A stretch of 64,000 bases of DNA, taken from positions 88,195,331 to 88,259,330 of the forward strand of contig NC_058130.1 of the NCBI RefSeq assembly GCF_016433145.1, written 5' to 3'. The translations under genes were made by a program, and so were the position numbers. This document shows positions 1 through 12,441 of this stretch, in pieces (position 1 is the first letter of the stretch; each line of letters opens with the position of its first letter). Origin of the DNA: Gracilinanus agilis (taxonomy: Eukaryota). The notes beneath the pieces are model-generated. The model was not told the DNA's origin and ran no database searches. It saw only the letters and a program-made list of their open reading frames with translations.

Positions 1-700
1 CTTTTGAGACAAGACTCTTATTATGGCAGGAAGCAGAAGGGCTTTATGCATATTTCCCATTTCATTGCCCAGAAGATAAAAGAGATGTATACTCAAGGGT
101 TGAGAGTTAATACAACTATTCATACTTATTGCCTCATCAAGGACATTCTTAAGTGAAACTGGCATTTTTTATTGTGTTTTGTGTTGTTGAAGAACACAAT
201 GACTCCTAGCACAATTTTCCCATTGCCTGGATTTGTGCTAAGGTGCCAGCAGTTTTAGCTACCATGGCTATTGTACCATCAGAGTAAATGTCATCACAGA
301 TGTACCAGGATAAATTATGAGCTTCCAAAACATTATTCAATACTTTGAATATTTTAGCACCACTTGTGTTTATTGACAAGTATACACATAAAAGATGTTC
401 TTCAAAGATTAGTTGGTGCTAATACCAGATGGATATAAGCAAAACTGCAAGTACAGTCATATCTGTAGATTTGGCCATTTCTAAGGCAAAAGTACAATTC
501 TGCAGATGAGGTGGTAACTCAATATTCATGTTTGTAGCTAAATGAACAGATCAGGTAGTCCCTGAAAAATCCCACTATATATCTCTGAGAGAATGAGAGT
601 GAAACAAGTCAAGTCACATTTTTTAGTTTTGACCTTGCAGACCCCCGAAAGGGTCTTGGGGACTCCCAGCAGTCCATAGAAAATACTTTAAGAACCTCTG
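1..700 (-). mobile_element. hAT/Charlie1-like DNA transposon, internally deleted, with decayed transposase
   Basis: Minus-strand fragments DIYSDGTIAMVAKTAG, SHCVLQQH, KNVLDEA and GNEMGNMHKALLL resemble the Charlie catalytic domain. The end at 700 reads cagaggttcttaaagt on the minus strand, like the Charlie TIR. Confidence 0.8.
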
Positions 701-2195
701 CTTTAAATATTAGGAAGTTTTTCCTTATTCATGCTGAAATTTTCCCATCTGAAATGTCCATTCCTTCTTCTTCCCCCTGGGGCCAACTAAGTCCTGTTTA
801 ATCCATTTTACCTGTGAATTATTATGATTCCCCTCATTTTTTTTATTATGATACCCTTTACTTTTCATTTCTCCATTCAAATATCTCCAGTTCCTTCAAA
901 AGATCCTCTAATGGCAAAGTTGCCAATCCCCCAATTCCTTCCTAGAGTATGTCTTCTGAATACAGGGATGAAGGGCTGCATAATATACTTTTTATTTAAT
1001 GACATTACATAGATGGGTTTTGTTTCTCTCAGTGATTTCACAGCAAAACGTTTACAAATTATTAAGATTATGGTCCTTTAATATAGACCTTGAAACATCT
1101 ACAATCTTGATAAAGGCTAGAAAGGCTTAAAACAAGAAGGTTGGTTATCAGGGGATGAAGATTTTGGTTGCAACAATTCATGACACAATGAATTCCTTTC
1201 ATCTGGATCAGTGGAGGGATTAACCACACCAATAAAACTATGGCTCTTGAAGAATTAAACAAAAGTAAATGTTTTATAAATGTTGCATTGTCAATTTTAG
1301 CATATAGTTTGTACATTATGACTAATGACTCAACCTGAATTTATATTTTTAGCAAACAAGAGTTAATATCAGATTCAAGAATTATACATCTTCCCAAAAA
1401 TGATGGCGTGGCCTGAACACTTATCACACTTTTCTCCCAAATATGGCTTGCATAAAAGTTGATCAGTTTTTCAGTATATACCCATATATTTTTTCCTGTG
1501 ACAAAGAGGTTACTTTAGAAGCATGATCTATGCTCAAAGATAGCCTATAAATGGGCAAATACAGTAATTATAAATTTATAAAAACTCTTACTTTGATTAT
1601 AACTTATTAAATAAAAATATATTTGTAGTTCTACTAAATATGTCTAAATACCACACACCTTACATTTCACACCAAGGAATAAATGCTTAGTCATTACTTT
1701 TATTTGCTATAAGCAATATTCAAGTTAGATGCATTTTCTGAAAGCCAAATTAATTTTAATCCACTCTAAATCAAATATGTGCCATTTGGCAATTTAATCA
1801 CAGGGTGACACTAAAGCAAATAATGTCCAGGGGTCATGACTCCCAAAAGGCTGGGAAGCAATATACTGGGGTCTTATTAAATTAAATTCCTAGTTCAGGG
1901 ACACTTCACTCCCCAACTCCAACACCCTCTCACTAACTGGAGTAACCTCTGAGATTGCCTGCACTGTTTATTTTATGAAATGGGATTAGAACCAAAAGAA
2001 CACTTTAGGTTTGAAAAAGGAAGGTTGTCTCCTAGCCAGGTCTCATTGTATTCACAAAATGACACTGAATTTGCAAAAGATACCAAATTGTTGTACATAT
2101 ACTATTCTAGAGAATTCAAATTCTGATGAATTGGAGCTATACTGATTTTAGGGAGTTGGAACACTAGATAATAGTTCTATCTGCACTCTAAAGCC

Positions 2196-2338
2196 NNNNN
2201 NNNNNNNNNNNNNNNNNNNNNNNNNNNNNNNNNNNNNNNNNNNNNNNNNNNNNNNNNNNNNNNNNNNNNNNNNNNNNNNNNNNNNNNNNNNNNNNNNNNN
2301 NNNNNNNNNNNNNNNNNNNNNNNNNNNNNNNNNNNNNN
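2196..2338. other. Assembly gap (N run)
   Basis: 143 N. Confidence 1.
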
Positions 2339-2482
2339 GACAGAAGAGCATGAGGGCTAGGCAAATGGGGTTAAGTGATTTGTCCAAGGTCACATAGGCA
2401 GGAAGTATCTGAGGTCAGATCTGAACCCAGGACCTCCTGTCTCCAGACCTGGTTCTCTAGCTACTGAACCACTTTATTGCCC
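2339..2482 (-). mobile_element. Marsupial tRNA/CORE SINE (SINE1_Mdo-like), cut by the gap
   Basis: ggttaagtgatttgtccaaggtcacataggcaggaagtatctgaggtcagatctgaacccagg. Confidence 0.85.
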
Positions 2483-2489
2483 CTGCAAT

Positions 2490-3500
2490 AAGTTTCTAAT
2501 TGATCTTTCTGCTTTATTTTCCCCCTCTCCAATTCATTCTCTACACAGCTGCCAAACTCATTTTCTGAAAGCTTGTTTATGATTATGCCATTCCCCTATT
2601 CCATAAATTTCAGTGGATTCTTTCTAAATTCTAGGATCAAATGTCAGCTCTGGAATTTAAATTTCTCCATAATCTTCCTACCTTTCCAGTTTTAAAAATA
2701 CATTAATTACCTCCCTCCACAAACTCTTTGGTCCAGTTATACTGGACTTTTTGCTGTTTCTCATAATCCCTTCCATTTCCTGTTCTTGGACCCATGCAAT
2801 GGCTCTCTCCCATGCCTAGAATGAGGGGCTCTACTTCCTAATCTTTGACTTTCAGACTCTCTGGCTTATGTTGAGACTCAACTCAAGCATCACTTCTCAG
2901 GAGTTCCCAAAAGAACCCTTTGGGATGAAATTGCAAAGTTGTCTTCTAGCCAGGTCTCTTCCTGGGAGGTCTTTCCCAATCTCCATCCATCCCCTCTTCA
3001 TCCTTCCAGATACTAGTGCCTTCCCCTCTAAGGCTACAACATATCTACTCTACATTTATATTGGATATACCAATGTCAGAATCTGTTGCCTCCACAATTA
3101 GAACAGAAGTTCTCTGCCAGGTATTTATGGTGGCCATGTCTGTCACCATGGTACTGAGGGAGGCTATGGTTGTTTGATTGCTTGAGTTTAAGAATTCTGA
3201 GCTTCCATAGAGTCTGTGATGTCCATACTAAGTCTGATGCTAATAATGGTAATCTCCTGGCAGTGGTGTGCCAACAAGTTGACTATGGAGGGGAAAACTG
3301 GTTGAGGCTGGAAGAACAGTGCTTCCATCTCATTAGCAGTGGGATCAGCCCTGCGAGTGGCTACTATCCATCCAGCCCAAGCTGGACAGTGAGACCCAAT
3401 CTCAAAAAAAAAAAAAAAGACTACAAGTTTTTTGAGAACAAGGGCCATTTTACTTTTTTTATATCTACAGTGCTGGCACATAGTAAGCTGTTTGATTGAC
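2490..3500 (+). mobile_element. L2 3' region, interrupted by the 7SL retrocopy
   Basis: ctccaattcattctctacacagctgcc at the start; the L2 tail resumes after 3420 (gcacatagtaagctg). Confidence 0.7.
3116..3418 (+). pseudogene. Full-length 7SL (SRP RNA) retropseudogene with poly(A) tail
   Basis: Colinear with 7SL: gattgcttgagtttaagaattctgagct, gtccatactaagtctgatgctaataatggtaatctcc, attagcagtgggatc, agtgagacccaatctc, then A15. Confidence 0.88.
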
Positions 3501-3893
3501 AGCAGGAGTACCACACTATAGTCATATTATATAGATAAAAAGGTCACGATTTTGCTTTTTTTTGTCATTTAGGCAAATCTCTGTCTTGTCATTCTATTTG
3601 AAAGACATATAGGTTCAGTCATTTGGAAAAGAAGTCAAAAAACTTCAGAGGCACAGATGAAATGTCCAGGATACTACTGTGTTTCCTTTCTCCTGCTGGA
3701 GTAAGATAGATCAATCAATTAATCAGTTTGATTAACTATCTATTTTATGCTGGGCACTGTAGTAGATTTCAGGGACCTGGAGATGAAAGGCAGAAGACCT
3801 TCTGATAAGACTACCTTAGTGGCACAAAGTTTTCCTTATCCATTGAAGAAAGAATCAATACATAAAACATTTTTCTTTTTTATTCCTTTTTAA

Positions 3894-4047
3894 TTTTTAA
3901 AAACCCTTATCTTCCATTTTAGAATCTGTTTTGGTTCTAATGCAGAAGAATGGTAAGGGCAAGGCAATGGGTTAAGTGACTCACTAAGGGTCACACTAGA
4001 AAGTATCTGAGGTCAGATTTGAATGTAGGACCTTCTATCTTTAGGTC
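3894..4047 (-). mobile_element. SINE1_Mdo-like SINE
   Basis: aaacccttatcttcc tail plus CORE ggtcagatttgaa. Confidence 0.8.
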
Positions 4048-4370
4048 AGAGCACAAAGCATCTCAAGAATGAATTCCCACTTTTAGGTAGCAGGGAAAGG
4101 AAAAGATTTGTGACCTTACATGGAAGGATGAAACAAAAATGAGCCTATGTTTAATTTATTAGCTCTGAAAACACTGTCCTATCTATCCCTTCCCTACTCT
4201 GCCCATGCTATAGTCTTGTCATCATTGCGTCTTCTCAGCACTAGAGAATCCTCTTAATAGCCTCTAGCCTGATTCTCCTCCTTCCGTCTCTCCTGCACAA
4301 ATCTTCCAGATTAATCACTGTCTATTTATTTCATTAAATATTTCCAAATTTTATATACATAAAATGTATA

Positions 4371-4563
4371 TTTAAATCCTTATCTTGTATCTTAGAATCA
4401 ATACCAAGTATCAGTTCCAAGGAAGATGAGTAGTAAGGGCTAGGCAATGGGGATTAAGTGACTTGCCCAGGGTCACACAGCTAGGAAGTGTCTGAGGTCA
4501 GATTTGAACCTAAGACCTCTTATCTCTTGACCTGGCTCTATCCAATGAGCCGCTTATACTCCT
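4371..4563 (-). mobile_element. SINE1_Mdo-like SINE
   Basis: tagaatcaatacc...aagtgacttgcccagggtcacacagctaggaagtgtctgagg. Confidence 0.85.
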
Positions 4564-4689
4564 CTAATTATATTGTAAAAAATTTTGACTTTCATTTTAG
4601 GAAAATTTTGAGTTCCAAATTCTCTTTCTCCCTCACACCTTACCCCACCTACTAAGAAGGGTGACTTTACAAATGAAGTCAGGCAAAAC

Positions 4690-5275
4690 GTTAGCTATGT
4701 TTCTAGATTAATCTTAAAGCATACTATAATTGCATCACTATTGCTCAAAAAGCTTCGGTGGTTTCTGACTGTTTCACTCTTCCTTTGTACTAAGCCGGGC
4801 ATCTAGTAGTCCTCAGATGAGATCTAACTTTCATTTCCAGCTTTCCCCTTGTACACCAAAAGGAACAATGCTTACTACTTCCCCAGCATTCTTTGTACTT
4901 TCCTGCCTTTGCTCATGTTGTTTCTGTTTGGAGGAAGGGCCTCCTCTTACTCCATTTTTCATTCTGAAACCCATCCCAGCCTCTAAGACCCAGTCCAACA
5001 GCACCTCCTTCATAACATTATCAGTGATAATCCCAACTGGATGCTAATTTTCTCTCCTTTGAACCCTCGCAGTACTTCATTTATATCTGTCTAATGGGCT
5101 TCATCTCATTCTGCCTTATATTATAGATATTTGTGTTTGTCCCTTATTCTTCCCACTAGCCTATGAGTTTTTTGATGACAGGGACTATTTCTTATTCCTT
5201 TTGTATTATAACAACATCTGCCACTGGACTTGGCACATAGTTGACATGCAAATATTTGTTGAACAAATTAATTCC
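4690..5275 (+). mobile_element. L2 3' end
   Basis: Typical L2 body ending ggcacatagttgacatgcaaatatttgttgaac. Confidence 0.7.
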
Positions 5276-5479
5276 CGAAGTAGACAGGTTGATCAAACCT
5301 GCCTTTGTTTTGTTTTAGATATCCTTTGCTTTAGAGAAATATTAAATGAGATGTGGTGTCTTACTTCAGGGCAGATTATAAGATAACTCATTTATATGAG
5401 AACCATGAGAAATGACCTTTTTACTGTTATAGTTACTAATGCTGGAGGAGGGCAGGAATGCAAACACAAATGAAAGAAT

Positions 5480-5930
5480 AGATTTAACCAGTGGGTCTAA
5501 TTTGTACTCCCTATAGTAACAATAGTAAATTTTTAACAACAGTATGCAAGAGAAGTTTTGAGCCTATTCTCCAGAAAACCCAAGTAGTTTTGGGAAGAGT
5601 ATGCCCCGGAAGAACTGGGGAAAATGTATATTTGTTCTCTCTCTGGCTTTGAAGTAAATATCTTTTTGTAAAAACCTGCTGATGTTAAGTAGTTAAATGA
5701 AATCGGGGTACTAGACACGGGTGCCCTAACATTATAGGCACCACAAGTGGGGCTTGAGTTGAGACTTTGGAGGCAAAGTCTAGAGTCAAGTGCTCTCCCC
5801 CATTCTCTACTTCTACCCCCTTCATCACGTGCACCCCAGCAGTAAGTTTTTCTCTAACAAGAATAAGATCCAAAACAGAATTTCCCTTTGTTGACAGCTC
5901 TAATTTTTGAAAAAATGAAATTATGAAGTC
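5480..5930 (-). mobile_element. CR1/L3 LINE endonuclease-region remnant
   Basis: Translation STKGNSVLDLILVREKLTAGVHVM resembles the CR1 motif PTRG..LDL.LT..E.LV..V.V. Confidence 0.55.
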
Positions 5931-6899
5931 CAATCAAGAAGAGAGATTCAGAGAGAGGAGAGAAAAAGAGAGAGATAGAGATTTATTTGAGTAAAGCTGC
6001 CCATTATTTACTATTATATCATGCCTTATTCTGTTCTGCTTATAAGATTATGGACAATCCTCAGCTATTTCCTCTTTCTAGGTGTTCAGTGGTTTTATGC
6101 TAATGACAAAATCACTTCTGCTTTTTTTTTATTAACACATTCAAATACTTCCTGCCACACCCCCTTCCCATCTCCCCATTTCTTCTACTTCCTCACATTA
6201 GTAAACTTTCTTAATACATTATACTATTTCACTTCTGCCACCCCACTTTACCCATTCTCTTTTTTTAAACTAAGTATCCCCATTGGACAGGTTCCAGGTA
6301 TAAATTTCATCCCACCAAGTCTCAGTAATACCTAGAAAGTCAAAGTTGCCTCCTTGTCCTAGGACCTCATTTGTTACCTAAATTTGAGCTTATGTGTGTA
6401 TACATATAGACAAACATAGGTATGTATATATACATATGTATTTTATTATTAGCATCTTTCTTGGTTTTTGTCTTCCATGGATTTCTGGATGGCTAAATGT
6501 TATTCTTCTTCCTTCTTTGCCATATCTCAAGCATCTAACTAGAGATATATGAATAGATAATTTTCTCCCTCCCCTATCCATTTTTACTTTAAAGCAATAG
6601 ATAAGATATGCAAGATACCTAGAAAATATTTGTTAGTTTGTTTGTAATTTATCTCTGGCCAAGAATTTGTCATCCCTACATTGTATAATGTAATCTAGAA
6701 ATTAAAATTCTAATATCAGACATCACTTTCTTGGTCAGCTGACTATTTATCAAATTAATTTTTCTCTTCTGAATCACTTGCCTTCAATGGACAGCAGTGA
6801 GGAAAATATAATCCATAATTCTTTGATTTTTAGTTGATTGTCCAAGACTTTATAAATGTTGGGAATACTTAAAGAAATTAATTCAGAGTATTCACTGGA

Positions 6900-7145
6900 A
6901 TCCAAATACCAAAAATTTAAGCTGAAGCTCAAATAATTTGGCTACATATTGAAAAAACAGGATGCATTAGAAAAGACCTTGATGTCATGAAGGATTGAAG
7001 GTACAAGGAGAAGGGGATGGCAGAGGATGAGATGGATAGATAATGTTATTAGAAACAATTGGACAGACTTGGAGAGATGGTGAAGGCTTGGAGTGCTATA
7101 GTTCATCCGCTCATGAAGAGTAGGACATGCCTGAACAACTACAAT
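6900..7145 (+). mobile_element. RTE-clade LINE 3' end (RTE_Mdo/BovB-like)
   Basis: aagctgaagctcaaataatttggc...gaaaagaccttgatg...aaggagaaggggatggcagaggatgagatgg matches the RTE 3' end. Confidence 0.8.
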
Positions 7146-9107
7146 TGCTTGGCTGTCTTAGAAACCCAAATGACTCAAAGTCATTACAAGCCACTAAAAT
7201 TTTCCCTGTTTTTCATAAATGTTGAGATCTGACAACGAGTTTAGTTCAACAAAATGGGACATCTTCAGTCTTTTTTTTGTTGAACTTCAAAACTTGTTTT
7301 TTAGTGTTAATACCTCAACCTTAAATATATGTTTTTGACTTTACATTTGATTATCATCTCCCAAACCCTTGAAAATCCCACTTGATTTTTTTCCTTGACC
7401 TCAACAACTCCACAGCTTTTCCCATTGCCATGCAGCTAGTGCCAGTTCATGCTAGTTGCAGCATTTCCCTCTCTTTCTTTTTCTTGCCAACTACCTTCTA
7501 TTCCTCCTTGAGTCTATTCCTTTAGGCCCTATAGCCTAAACCTTCCACATCCTTTTTAATTTTTAAAAACTCTTCCTTAATCCCCACTCTATTCTCCTTA
7601 ACTGTCCTTGATCTAACTCATCTTTCAACCCAAATATTGAATTTGGACCAGAATCTGGGCCTGGAGAATCTTTTTATAATTTTTCTCAATTGCGCTCAAA
7701 TTTCACCAAATTTTTTCTGCTCCAAATTTAGCCTCTGACCTTTTTCCCTACTCAGATGACCTCCAAGTAACCCACATAATTTCCTTCTCTATATTTAGCT
7801 GAAGTATCTCTCTTTAGTTCTTCATCAGAGAACAGAAATAGAATGATTATCTATCATAGATAGATTTTTCTGACCACACTAACTATGGAAGGTCATTTAC
7901 TAAGAGGCAGAGGATTTATTGAATTAGAGACTACTGAAAGAGACCCTGGAGGTCATATAGGCTGGTTCAGTTATGCTCAAACAGAAATTGCCAGAAGTTT
8001 CTATATTGATTTAGAAAACCATAAATTAACAATTTCTATGTTGTATTGTTGTATAATATTAAAAATTTCCTAGTCATCCCAGAAATTCTCAGAAGTTTTT
8101 CCCTATGCATTCTGTGGGCTTTGAGTCTCATATCTCTGATTTTGTCCTACATCCTCCTTTTAGAGGTAAATAAATGGCAACCTAGAGAGGTTGAGTAATT
8201 TGCCAAACATTTTCCATATAGAAAGTGGCAGAGATGGAACAAAGTCTTCAGACTTTAAATTTGAACATTCTTTTCCCTATACTTCTATAATCTGCAATCT
8301 ATAATTTGCTTTTAGTGGAGGATGTGACATCATTAACCAATACAATAAAACAATCTTTCCTGGGAAGATAAGAAGGGAGTAAAATCCAACAGAAGGAATC
8401 TGTAATGGTGGGACCTTAAGTGCTTTGGTACTTTAATCACAAAAGCTGGCTCTATGCTCTTGGTGAAGACTGCATATTAAAAAGAAAACTATGAGGACAT
8501 CAAATACTAATTGAATTTAAATAAACCAAACTTCCCACTGATTGAAACTATTTGAAGGCTTTTAAAAAAATCTTTTCAAAATTTTGTCTTCAGTATATGT
8601 TGCAGTACTGTCAATTAGCTATGAGCAAATACTTTAAGCTTCTAGCTCTGGCTAAATAACAAATATCATTTCCCCTGGAAACCCATTTGAAAATATTTCT
8701 AATAAGAGCTGGATACATTATGCTGATATAATATGTAGGTTCAAGTCATATACTAGTCACAGGAGAAATATCTTATACTGCCCACAATAACCATTTTCCC
8801 AAATAATAATCATTTAGGAGGCCTGTTTGAAACTCTGCATATTAAAGAGCATTGCTAAATGGGAAAAATCCCTGTACTTACATCTTAATCTCAATTTATC
8901 CCTTAATAAAACTAAAAAGTATCACCTTCCCCAGGAAGGTGTCTCTCATTGGTCTTTGAGAATTTACAGCTTGACTAAGTTCATAGAGAAGTAGGTCACT
9001 CCAATAGCATTTCTTATAAAGTGCCATACTGGAATTAAATATCAAGGTTGGCTGTTGCTTTTGAAGGACTTAATCTTAAAAGTACGACTTCAAGAAATAT
9101 ATTAATT

Positions 9108-9891
9108 GGTGGAGTGAAGATGGCAGCTTAGTAGCAGCAAAAGTCAAAACTGTTCTAGCTATCCTTCCATATCAATCTTTAAAAAGCACTTCAAAAAGAA
9201 GGAATCCCAACCCAAGAGCAAGACAGAGTCACGGAACTCTCCCACTGATCACAACTTGAAAGGTAGGCTGAGTCAATTTTCACAGGATAAGGGGGAACCA
9301 GAAGCAAAACTGCATACAGCAGAGTTTTGGCTGACCCTCCCCACACCTCACCACCACCTACCACTCTAGGCTCTGCAAATTCAGGATCCCAGGACAGGGG
9401 CTACACCAGCTACAGGGAACCTCACACCCACCCCTTGAAGTCCTAGGTCCTGGCAAGAATCTAAAGTCCATCTCAAGCCTCAGGGGCTGCCTGCATTGAA
9501 GACTTAGCCCCAGAGCACATTAGTTAACTCTACCTAATCCTATAAACCAGAAGAGGAGGAAGAATTGGAAAGAAGCTTACAGAATTCCCCAAAAACCAAA
9601 AGCCTGGGAAAATGAGTAAACAACAGAAAAAGCATGTAACTGGAAAACTTCTATGGGGAAAAAGAGCAAAGAGCAATACTAACAGAGGATGATGGGATCC
9701 AAGCAACTACAAGCAAAACTTCAAAAAAAAAAAAGAGAATTGGTTTCCAGCACTGGAAGAACTCAAAAAGGAATTTTACAAATCTAATTAGACAGGTTGA
9801 AGAAAAACAGGAAAAAGAAAATAGCTTAAAAAGAAAAATTGGTCAACTGGTAAAAGAGGTACAGAAATCCAATGAAGAAAAAAAGTATTTT
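9108..9891 (+). mobile_element. L1 5' fragment (5'UTR plus start of ORF1) with TSD
   Basis: Starts ggtggagtgaagatggc. The ORF1-like start atgagtaaacaacagaaaaag (MSKQQKK) and LEELKKEF follow. Flanked by aagaaatatatta. Confidence 0.8.
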
Positions 9892-9904
9892 AAGAAATAT
9901 ATTA

Positions 9905-10088
9905 GGGGCAGCTGGGTAGCTCAGTGGAGTGAGAGTCAGGCCTAGAGACAGGAGGTCCTAGGTTCAAACCCGGCCTCAGCCACTTCCCAGCTGTGTGACC
10001 CTGGGCAAGTCACTTGACCCCCATTGCCCACCCTTACCAATCTTCCATCTATAAGACAATACACCGAAGTACAAGGGTTTAAAAAAAA
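9905..10088 (+). mobile_element. Young full-length SINE1_Mdo-family SINE (short-tail variant)
   Basis: ggggcagctgggtagctcagtgg head, gtacaagggttt plus A tail, TSD aagaaatatatta at 9892-9904 and 10089-10101. Confidence 0.93.
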
Positions 10089-10945
10089 AAGAAATATATT
10101 AATTTAACCCCAATCTGAAATTAAAATTTCAACTAAAGTCATTAGTAGTAGATATATGTGGGTAGAAGAAAATATAAAGTATGTTAGGTGGGAAAGGTGA
10201 AGCTGAAAATGGACTACTCCATTTAACTCTTTGTAAAATAAGATGGATAGGTAAAGAAGTAGACTCAAATAGCTCAAATAACCTTCTGGTATATAATGAT
10301 AGTCTGTCACTAACACTAGGATAGAAGGAAGAAAACAGATCATGTTTTCAATGCAATTAACCAACATTCAATGATAGTTATGGTACAACAAAATGTAGCA
10401 CCTTTTAAGCATCCAGGAAAGGAAGTCAAAATGAGTTTAGAACAGATTTTGTCAATTTTTTAAAAAAAAGTCAAATGTAGTTGATGGTGTCAAAACTTTA
10501 GCTAAGTAGAAACATGAATAAATATTAACTGAGATTTAGATGATGCATCAGCTACTGTAGAAAGTTTTGGTACTGTGTTAGGAAAATCTTCATCAGATTA
10601 TAGATTCAGTATGGTTAGGATTAGTTTATTAAAAAGAGGTGAAAACCCATAAGAGGGAAAGGATAGATTTTAAATTCTCTTAGGTGGCAAAGAATATATT
10701 GGAAAGTTCATGGAGATAACTACTGAGAATTTTTCAGCATTTTAATTTTCACAACAGTTCTTATAAATTAATGCACAATATAGTTAGTTTTACCTTTATG
10801 ATATACTTTCCTCCCTTCAATCATTTCCTCCAGTTGCTTGCTAACAGTCAAGAAGAAGAGGCACTGTATACTGCTTTTGTGAGCAATGGTAGTTAGCTGA
10901 TAAACACATTTTCAGTTTGGTCCCATGAGCAATTTAATGTAGTTT

Positions 10946-11143
10946 TTTTTTTTTATTTTTTTTTATTTTTTTTTAGCTTTTATTAATAATCATTTTTAAC
11001 ATGATTACATGTTTCATGCTCCTATTTTCCCCTTCACCCCCCGCACTCCCCCCACCCATGGCCGACGCACTTTTCCACTGGTTATGTCATGTGTCCTTGA
11101 TCAAGACCAATTTCCCAATTGTTGGTGGTTGCATTGGTGTGGT
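10946..11143 (-). mobile_element. Young 5'-truncated L1 3'UTR
   Basis: Poly(T) tract, sequence similar to the 3'UTR of the L1 at 54650-56075, and perfect 18-bp TSD agcaatttaatgtagttt (10928-10945 and 11144-11161). Confidence 0.92.
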
Positions 11144-11289
11144 AGCAATTTAATGTAGTTTATAATTCTCTTGTGGTAAACTGATGGAGAGTGAATCCCT
11201 TCAGAGAATTTGGTTTTCTTTTAATAGGCCAGGGAAATATGACTCATTATCATTCTCTGAAGGGCTATGCATAAGAGAACAGGTCCTAG

Positions 11290-11500
11290 AATTTTGAATT
11301 GGCTAAGCCATCCTGGAAAGCAATTTGAAACTGTCCAGAAACTTATCAAACCATGCCTATCTTTTGACCCAGCTATCTGACTCTTAGGCCTATACCTCAA
11401 AGAAACCAAAGCAAAAGGAAAAGGATTTATATGTACAAAAATATTTGTAACAGCATTTTTTGTGGTTGCCAATAATTGGAAACTAAGAACTGAAAGGCTT
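11290..11500 (+). mobile_element. Old L1 ORF2 C-terminal fragment
   Basis: tttgacccagctatctgactcttaggcctatacctcaaag (the FDPAI.LLG.YP region). Confidence 0.75.
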
Positions 11501-11866
11501 TGTAATTCTCTTCAACACAATGATAAACCATAAATCCAACAGACAGAAGATGAAATATGCCATTAATATCTTGCCAGAGGGATGATAATGAGGAAATTTG
11601 GTTTGCTAGATTATGTAGCTATGAAGTGAGGGATTTTTAAAAAATGTGTTTAATGGGGGTGGGGGAGTGGAATGGTATTGTAAGGGACAAATTAATTAAA
11701 CCATATACCATTGGATCCCCACAAATAAATTGAGTGTTTGATAAAGAATACTTCATAGAGATGGCATTAGATTATTAACTTATTAACTTAATTATTAAGT
11801 AATTAAGATAGAGGAAACCATGTTGAGGGGAAGAATACAAAAAACTGTAAAACCTTTACTCTATAA

Positions 11867-12070
11867 CAGGGGTTGGCAATGTATGGTTCTCGAGCCATAT
11901 CTGGCTCTTTTGAGCGCCAGATATGGCTCTTTCAGCAGGAGCCATAAAGTCAATTTTTTTTCAGGCGCTGTTACAGGAGCAGCACTGTGAGCACTGTACG
12001 GCTCTCACGAAATTACATTTTAAAATGTGGCTTTTATGGCTCTCATGGCCAAAAAGGTTGCCGACCCCTG
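11867..12070. mobile_element. hAT MITE, 204 bp
   Basis: TIRs caggggttggcaa / ttgccgacccctg; 8-bp TSD ctctataa / atctataa. Confidence 0.92.
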
Positions 12071-12158
12071 ATCTATAATGTAGTTATAAGAGTCTATTTC
12101 AATGTACATGGGTGATTACATATTAATGAATAACTTGATATACATTGCCTCTACTCAC

Positions 12159-12306
12159 GTGTAAACTTTAAGAACAAAATCCTTTTCTTCCTTTAATTCA
12201 GAAAGTGACTGAAGAACATCCACGATGCTTAAGACAGCACAACCATAAGGGCGCCGGTAGTGTAAATGGGCAGGACCTTTCTTAGAATCGTTCAGCAACA
12301 TACGAC
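12159..12306 (-). CDS. DOCK3: DOCK3 internal exon (148 nt, exon 12 equivalent): (G)RMLLNDSKKGPAHLHYRRPYGCAVLSIVDVLQSLSELKEEKDFVLKVY(T)
   Basis: Acceptor gtgttttctag|GTCGT and donor TACAC|gtgagt. YRRPYGCAVL motif of DOCK-B proteins; LLNDSKKGP and LKEEKDFVLKVY fit DOCK3 rather than DOCK4. Confidence 0.97.
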
Positions 12307-12441
12307 CTAGAAAACACGATTTGATCTGGATTTAGCTTTTACTTATGGTACTTGACAACTGATTTATATCTATATACACATATGGGACATTTGGTTTTAT
12401 AGAATATCAGAGCTGGATGGGACTACAAAGATCTCCCAGAC

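Noticed and set aside
1068-1260. Possible alternative terminal DOCK3 exon (ttcaag acceptor, open frames to a stop)
   Set aside because: Weak acceptor, no recognisable homology, and no supporting evidence in the sequence.
5738-5760. ggcaccacaagtggggcttgag as a retroviral primer-binding site
   Set aside because: No LTR is visible and it lies within a CR1-like remnant.
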